Below are positions 58,309 to 64,000 of a stretch of DNA of 64,000 nt, piece after piece. The translations under genes were made by a program, and so were the position numbers. The notes beneath the pieces are model-generated. The model was not told the origin of the DNA, ran no database searches, and was given only the letters and a program-made list of their open reading frames with translations. The stretch is taken from assembly GCA_947501605.1 (NCBI GenBank), contig CANMWZ010000003.1, positions 192,001 through 256,000 on the forward strand. Direction: 5' to 3'. Origin of the DNA: Planctomycetota bacterium. Lineage in GTDB: Bacteria; Planctomycetota; UBA1135; UBA2386. The number at the start of each line of letters is the position of its first letter. Positions within the stretch are counted from its first letter, which is position 1.

Positions 58309-58934
58309 GGAGTGCATCCTGGGTGGGTGCCATGTCGGCACGCACCGTTGCTGGGCGGCAATCTGCCACCCGGCAAGCTGCGCACGATGCGAGGCCCGGC
58401 CTGCTGGCCAACCTCGCCCCGACAGCCAAACGGTCCGGATTTGCCGGCCTCTTGGCTTCAGAGGTCCCGGGGATCCGGGAGCCATCGCTCTACCTTTCCC
58501 CCGGAATCTCGGCTCATCGAGCCTCGACTGCAGGAGGAAATCTAACTGCGAGTCCTTCAGGAACACCCCGAAGGAGCGTCCAACAGGACCATCCCAGATC
58601 CTGCTGGCCTCGCCTCCCGGACTCGGAGATCCCGCCATGCGGGACAACTTCTCGAGCCTCGAGACGGCCTAGGCGACGGACGCCTCAGGCCTGGGCGAGA
58701 TTCGCGGGCGACAAACGCCGCGCGATGGGCAGGGACGGTAGCGAAGACCCTGGGACTACGCAAGCGCTTGGGGCAGATTCCTGTACACCGTTGGAGGACG
58801 ACGTTGCGCTGCCTGCCGGAATAGGCTACGAGCGCTCGCAGATCGTTGCAGCGCACTCAACCTGCTGTGCTCCGAAACCCGATTTGGGGAGTAGCACCCG
58901 CCCCGCGGACGCGACCCCAGCAACTCCACGACCG

Positions 58935-59573
58935 ATGCAGAACCCTAGCGATCCCGATCTCCGCTTCCGACTCGAAGACGATGAGGAAGGCCCTCCCGGC
59001 CAGCAACCCCAGGAGAAAAGCCAACCCGGCTATCTCGAACGGTTGATGCTCGACTCGCGGACGCTGCTGCTCAGCGGGCCCGTGAACGACAAAATGCTCA
59101 AGGACGCGACCGTGCGTTGCTTGGCCATGGAAGCGCGTGACCCCAAGCGGGTCATCAACGTGCTCATCAACTCGCCTGGCGGCTCGGCCGACGCCGGATT
59201 TGCCATCTACGACCTCCTGCGCTTCATCCGGCCGCCCGTCCAGACTGTGGTGAACGGCCTGTGCGCCTCAGCCGGCATCCTCATCCAACTAGCCGCCGAG
59301 AAGAAGCGGCGGTTCACGCTGCCGGAGTCGCGCTTCATGATCCACCAACCGTCGACGATGGGCCGCGGCACCGCCAGCGACCTCGACATCACGGCGCGGG
59401 AGATCCTGAAGATGCGCGACCGCTACAACAAGATCATCGCCGAGACGACCAACCGGAAGCCCGAGGTGGTGCTCGAGGACGCACGCCGCGACTTCTGGCT
59501 CGACGCCGGTGCGGCGCTTGAATACGGCCTCGTCAGCAAGATCATCCAAAAGCGCGACGAATTGCCGGAGTGA
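58935..59573 (+). CDS. clpP: ATP-dependent Clp protease proteolytic subunit
   Basis: INSPGGS, GLCASAG (Ser), FMIHQP (His), GTASD, RDFWL..AALEYGLV. Confidence 0.93.
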   Translation: MQNPSDPDLRFRLEDDEEGPPGQQPQEKSQPGYLERLMLDSRTLLLSGPVNDKMLKDATVRCLAMEARDPKRVINVLINSPGGSADAGFAIYDLLRFIRPPVQTVVNGLCASAGILIQLAAEKKRRFTLPESRFMIHQPSTMGRGTASDLDITAREILKMRDRYNKIIAETTNRKPEVVLEDARRDFWLDAGAALEYGLVSKIIQKRDELPE

Positions 59574-59645
59574 TGGCTGAGGGCGGCGATTGCCGCTGCC
59601 CCCCCTTCCGAACCGGGTCGGCGCGCTCCACGTTGGCGCTTCTGC

Positions 59646-61196
59646 ATGCACCGACTTCGGCTCTTTTGTCACTGCGGGCTGTACGTCGCCGCGGCGCTGT
59701 CGGCACAGGAACGTCCGCCCGCAGTATCGGGCTTGGTTACCGATGATAGCGGGGCGGCCCTGCCGTCCGCGGCAGTGCAGTTCGTACCCGACGCGGCACC
59801 CGACCTGCCGTCGCTGCGCGAACTACTCCCCCTCCGCAGCGCGCTCACCACGACAACCGACGCACGCGGTGTGTTCCGGGTCTTGAGCAGTGGTCCCGGC
59901 CTGCTCTTCGTGACAACTCCTGCGGGACTCGGCGGAGTGGTCCCGCGCGCGTGGCCCCAGCGTGCTGTGCGCATGCGTATGCGACCCATGGCCGAAGTGC
60001 GCCTTGCAGACGTCGAGGACATCGAGCTGTGGCCGGCACGGATCGAGGATGGCAACGACGGGGAGCGGCGCCGACTGCCAGCGATGCGCGGGACCGCGAT
60101 TCGGCTCCCAGAGGGTCGCTACGAGATCTGGTGCAAGACGACGCGCGGATTCCTCTGGCAGAGTCTGTCGTTGCGTTCTGGCGAGCACTTCACGCTGACA
60201 ATGCCCACCACTGCCGTCGAAGTGCGGACCGAGAAGGGGTCGGGACTGCAGCCCTTGGGCTTTGCTGACGTCAGGCTGCTGGCCACAGAACAAAGCACGG
60301 CGCGACTTCTCGGTGCCGCCAGCACAGCATCCCTGCTGGAGACCAATGCACTCGGTGGCCTCGAGGGAGTGCGGCACGGAGCAGCACTGGATCGCACGAT
60401 CCCGACCTATGTCATGGCCGCCCTCGACGTTCACGAGGCACCCCAAGACGCCCATGCCTACGTGGTGGAGGGCACGGCAGCGGGCACGTTCAGGCCCATT
60501 GCAAGTGCGCAACTGCAGGGTGGCAAGGCTCAGTTGCCGCTGCCGGCGGAAGGCGGCAACAACTGGGTCCTCGTCCTAGCAAAGGGGCGGGCAGCACGGG
60601 CGCTTCCGTGCGCCAACGTCACCGCGACGCCGTCGCTCGCGTTCGGTCCGGACAAGACCCTCGCATGCACAGTGCGGCATCCTGACGGGCAGCCGGCCGC
60701 CGCCGTCGCAATCACGTTCGAACCGCTGGAAGCAGGCCCGATCACCGCACTCGTCTACACCGACGAACTAGGCAATGCCCCACTCGGCCCGATCGCCGGG
60801 GCTGGAGTCCTCCGCATCGATCACGGCGGCTACCTGCCGACCTCGATCGCCATCGGCGAAAGCGACGCCGCCCCGGTTTCGATTCGCCTTGATGCAGGCC
60901 ACACCCTCCGCGGCACGGCGACTCTTGCCGATGGCACTCCGCTCGGCGGGGTCGCGGTCAGCCTGCGTGCGCCCGACGGCACAATGCGCAGCAGGGTGCG
61001 CGCGACCTCGACGCACGCCGACGGGACCTTCGCATTTGCGGGACTCGACGACGCGACCCGGCTCGTGGTGTTTGCAACGGCCACGCGCGCAGGCAGGACC
61101 TTCAGCGCTCGCGCGGACAGCTTCGGCGGCAAGGACCTGGTGCTGGTGCTCCGCGACGAAGACCCTGAACTGCAGCCGCCTCTGCGTCGCCCCTGA
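59646..61196 (+). CDS. Secreted protein with carboxypeptidase-regulatory-like (transthyretin-like) repeats
   Basis: Signal peptide; repeated G.V.D..G.P....V and TTDA.G.F motifs. Confidence 0.72.
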   Translation: MHRLRLFCHCGLYVAAALSAQERPPAVSGLVTDDSGAALPSAAVQFVPDAAPDLPSLRELLPLRSALTTTTDARGVFRVLSSGPGLLFVTTPAGLGGVVPRAWPQRAVRMRMRPMAEVRLADVEDIELWPARIEDGNDGERRRLPAMRGTAIRLPEGRYEIWCKTTRGFLWQSLSLRSGEHFTLTMPTTAVEVRTEKGSGLQPLGFADVRLLATEQSTARLLGAASTASLLETNALGGLEGVRHGAALDRTIPTYVMAALDVHEAPQDAHAYVVEGTAAGTFRPIASAQLQGGKAQLPLPAEGGNNWVLVLAKGRAARALPCANVTATPSLAFGPDKTLACTVRHPDGQPAAAVAITFEPLEAGPITALVYTDELGNAPLGPIAGAGVLRIDHGGYLPTSIAIGESDAAPVSIRLDAGHTLRGTATLADGTPLGGVAVSLRAPDGTMRSRVRATSTHADGTFAFAGLDDATRLVVFATATRAGRTFSARADSFGGKDLVLVLRDEDPELQPPLRRP

Positions 61197-61245
61197 AGGA
61201 CTCGTGCCGGAAGAACTCGGGCGCACGCAGCCGAGCCGCACCGAC

Positions 61246-62022
61246 TCAATAGAGCAGCGTTGCCAAACGGCGACGGTAGTCATCGACCAGTTCCTCGTCC
61301 TCACCAAACAGCTGGAAGCAAAGCAGCATGCCCTTGCGGGCGAGCCCGCCCGCGAACGCCTTGTCCACTGCGACAGACTCGAGAATCTGCTCCATCGCAG
61401 ACTCGATCTCGCCCGCCACCAACAGCTCGCGAGCCCGCAGCAGAATCGCCCCAGGCCCTGGAGCAGTAGCGGGGAGAGCGGTCTCCAGGAATGCGAGCGC
61501 ATCCCCCAGTCGCCCGACGCGCTCGAACAGCACATCGTCGTCAGGAAACGTATCGAGCTCGCGACGTGCGCTCGCCGCATCGCCGCGCCGGGCAAACTCC
61601 AGCGCACGCCCGAATCGCGCCACCGGACTCTGCGGATCGACGGCAACCGCCGCCACCGTCGGCTCGGCTACAGCCGCCTTGATCGGGATCGCGTTGCGCT
61701 GAAGGAACCGACGGACCTCGGTGTCGCGCAGGGCGCCGGTGAACGCGTCCACTGGCTTGCCGCCATCCATCAGCACACAAAACGGGATCCCCTGCACCTG
61801 GAACGCCTGGGCGAGGTCCGGCTGCGCCTCGGTATCTACTTTTCCCAACACGAACCCACCACCGTACTCCTCGGCCAACGCCTCCAACAGGGGACCGAGT
61901 TCTTTGCACGGACCACACCACTCAGCCCAGAAGTCCAGCAGCACGGGCGTCGTGCGCGAACGATCGAGGACGTCCGCTTGGAAGTTGGCGGCCGTGACGT
62001 CGAAAACGAAGCGTTCGATCAT
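61246..62022 (-). CDS. Thioredoxin + TPR chaperedoxin (CnoX/YbbN-like)
   Basis: PVLLDFWAEWCGPCK, FQVQGIP, FTGAL, C-terminal YRRRLATLLY. Confidence 0.88.
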   Translation of the reverse strand: MIERFVFDVTAANFQADVLDRSRTTPVLLDFWAEWCGPCKELGPLLEALAEEYGGGFVLGKVDTEAQPDLAQAFQVQGIPFCVLMDGGKPVDAFTGALRDTEVRRFLQRNAIPIKAAVAEPTVAAVAVDPQSPVARFGRALEFARRGDAASARRELDTFPDDDVLFERVGRLGDALAFLETALPATAPGPGAILLRARELLVAGEIESAMEQILESVAVDKAFAGGLARKGMLLCFQLFGEDEELVDDYRRRLATLLY

Positions 62023-62077
62023 GCTGCCTTCTTAGGCGGCCGTCTCGACGCGGTCAAACGCGAGGATCGGCGCGAGC

Positions 62078-62887
62078 TCAGACCACGGTCGAACTGCCGA
62101 TCTGCCGCAGCGTGGAGTCGAGCAACTGCAGCACGGCATAGCCGATGCCGCATTGCAGCGCGAACAACAGCGTCGCGAGCACGGAGCCACCGACGGACAG
62201 CGGATAGCAGAGTCGGTTCAAGATGACCACGAGCACGGCACTACCGCCCATCGCTACCGTCATTGCTGCCGAATCGAGCGGGACGAACGCCGTCTCAACA
62301 GTCGCTCCTACCAACAGGCACGCGGCAAAGCCAAGCGAGGGCCCGAACCCGACGGGATCCGGCGAAGACAATCGCGCCGAAAAATGCGATGCCAGCGACA
62401 CCAGCGCGAACAACATCGCCGCGAGACTGACCCACTGGTAGCCCTCGGACGGAAACAACCAAGGATAGTCTTGCTGTAGCGCCTCCCGGCGCGCCTGCCA
62501 TGCACTGGTAAAGCCACGGCCGTTGGCTGCACTGCTGGCGCGTGGATGCTTGGCCACTGGCCTTGCCACCGCGACGACCTCGCCATCCGGTTGGGCAACG
62601 GCGCGCGCTTCCGCCTCGCCGGCACTCCCCGTTGCCGGCATCTCGCTTTCGATCGACTCCCCGTCAGCGACAGGCTTGGGGTTTTGGAAGCGGCATGAGC
62701 GCCACTGGTTTGAGTTGTAGACCCGACGCTCGCCGCCGACTTCTACGACCAACCGCGTTTTGTAGATCTCCAACACCGGACCGTTGATCACGGTGCCATC
62801 TTCCAATTCGAGAGTCACGGTGCGCTGCTGTGCCGATGCCGTCGCACAACAAACCAAGCTGGTCAGGAGCAGGACGAGCGTGCGCAT
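62078..62887 (-). CDS. Hypothetical membrane protein
   Basis: Signal peptide, small beta domain (TLELEDGTVING), four C-terminal TM helices. Confidence 0.65.
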   Translation of the reverse strand: MRTLVLLLTSLVCCATASAQQRTVTLELEDGTVINGPVLEIYKTRLVVEVGGERRVYNSNQWRSCRFQNPKPVADGESIESEMPATGSAGEAEARAVAQPDGEVVAVARPVAKHPRASSAANGRGFTSAWQARREALQQDYPWLFPSEGYQWVSLAAMLFALVSLASHFSARLSSPDPVGFGPSLGFAACLLVGATVETAFVPLDSAAMTVAMGGSAVLVVILNRLCYPLSVGGSVLATLLFALQCGIGYAVLQLLDSTLRQIGSSTVV

Positions 62888-63021
62888 GGGCTTGCAATCG
62901 GCCGAGCGCTGCCTCGCCTTGAACCGAGGCGTCCACCGGCGGGACCAATCCCAAGCCGACAACGTCACTCGCTTGGCGATCGAACGCCAAACGACCGTGT
63001 CAGCAAGCGTTCGTCACCAAC

Positions 63022-63954
63022 TCAGCGAACCAGTTTCCAAGACAGCCACACCGGCCGCCGGGCGTCATCCGCTTCGGCATTGGCGTCAAGCCACTGGATC
63101 TGGGCGTCCCGCAGCAGGAGGTGACGATCGCGCTGGCCGCCAGCCGCAGTCGCCTGCACGGCAACATGGTGCACCGTAGCCGCAAGCTGCCGGACCTCGA
63201 ACACGTTGGGTGCCGACAGCAGCGCTGCGTCGGCAAGACTCATCGCCCGCTCCAGCTCCTGCGCCGAGAGAAAGAGGGCCGCTTGCAGCAGCTGCAACTC
63301 GAGCGGAGCGTCATCCCACTCGTTCGCCAGGGTCGTGACAATCTCGAGCGACGGCATCGGCGATCCCTCCTGCTGCAGCGACTCCAGCAGGGCGACAGTA
63401 CGAGCTTCAAGACTGCCACTCGCATCGACTTCCAGGCCCTGCCTCGCACTGGCCTTCGATTGCCCCGCACCAAGACGCGACGCGGCTTGCCAGCACAGAA
63501 ACCAGTCCTCGGCAGCGCGGCTCTTCGCTGCCGCCTGCTCGCCGTACGACAGGGCTTGTTGCAGTATCTGTCGCTGCGCGCTCGCGTCGACCGCCGCGGT
63601 CGCCTGGTGTCGGAACCACGCCACTGCCGCCGTGCGCAGCGTGAGTTCGCCACCATCTTCGACGAGCTTCTCGATGTAGGCGATTGCTCGCTCGTAGCGC
63701 TTCCGCGCGAGTTCCAGCCGAGCCAGCGCGAGCAACGCTTCGTGATCTTCCTCACCGAGTTCGAGCAGACCCGCGACCAGGCGGGAGACATCCGCTTCCT
63801 GCCCGCGCGGCGCAGCGAGAGCAAGCGTGACGTCCTCCAACAGCTTCTCGCGAACGGCGGCGGCCTGCTGGGCTTCACTCCAACTCCGATAGACAAACAA
63901 ACCGACGACGGCAACAGCGAGAGCGACGACGAGCGACAGCGAACGGTTGCGCAT
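63022..63954 (-). CDS. Membrane-anchored TPR-like helical protein
   Basis: N-terminal TM, Ala/Leu-rich helical repeats; AGGA RBS before the ATG. Confidence 0.65.
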   Translation of the reverse strand: MRNRSLSLVVALAVAVVGLFVYRSWSEAQQAAAVREKLLEDVTLALAAPRGQEADVSRLVAGLLELGEEDHEALLALARLELARKRYERAIAYIEKLVEDGGELTLRTAAVAWFRHQATAAVDASAQRQILQQALSYGEQAAAKSRAAEDWFLCWQAASRLGAGQSKASARQGLEVDASGSLEARTVALLESLQQEGSPMPSLEIVTTLANEWDDAPLELQLLQAALFLSAQELERAMSLADAALLSAPNVFEVRQLAATVHHVAVQATAAGGQRDRHLLLRDAQIQWLDANAEADDARRPVWLSWKLVR

Positions 63955-64000
63955 GGTCCTGTGAATCCGGTCTCGACTCGGACGGCTCAGACGAGCTTGA

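Noticed and set aside
58309..58934. Long N-terminal extensions of rho and clpP in the ORF track (also larC, mnmE, mgtE, wzm, gldG-like)
   Set aside because: Upstream open frames without homology-like content; downstream starts fit family lengths and gene spacing better

Overview
A GC-rich, gene-dense chromosomal window that looks mostly core. It most likely comes from a Planctomycetota bacterium: it carries the DUF1549/DUF1553 + DUF1501 + planctomycete cytochrome c trio, GSIII and a Gld-like ABC cassette. No integrase, transposase, prophage, CRISPR or rRNA is visible. Gene order: MFS transporter and lipid A-type acyltransferase; pstS-phoU-pstC-pstA-pstB-pstB; glutamine synthetase III; DUF1549/1553, DUF1501 and cytochrome c/LRR genes; tRNA-Pro(CGG); mgtE; cystathionine beta-synthase; rpoN; efp; larC; a DprE1/DprE2-like pair; smc; a stand-alone ATP-cone gene; nrdR; mnmE; an HI0933-family flavoprotein; an orphan rplC; a sulfated-glycan module (wzm, HAL2-like PAP phosphatase, wzt, sulfotransferase, cysC, cysD, cysNC, SLC13 permease); BatA/DUF58 genes; GldA/F/G-like ABC plus DUF4340; rho; clpP; a cnoX-like gene. 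The most interesting observations are: (1) a Pst system whose two PstB ATPases carry complementary motif defects, predicting one dead and one live site, together with a PhoU fused to a catalytically dead ArsC/LMW-PTP domain and phased Pho-box-like repeats; (2) an NrdR-box-like operator inside a sigma70 promoter driving nrdR, the ATP-cone gene and smc; (3) an L3 gene outside the S10 operon, with a ~27-aa insertion, followed by an unannotated 53-aa basic ORF; (4) a self-contained module for sulfate uptake, PAPS synthesis, sulfation and export; (5) Rho with a poly-Gly/Arg N-terminus and a structured leader. All family calls come from motif recognition by eye, with no database search. Start codons were often re-picked relative to the ORF track.
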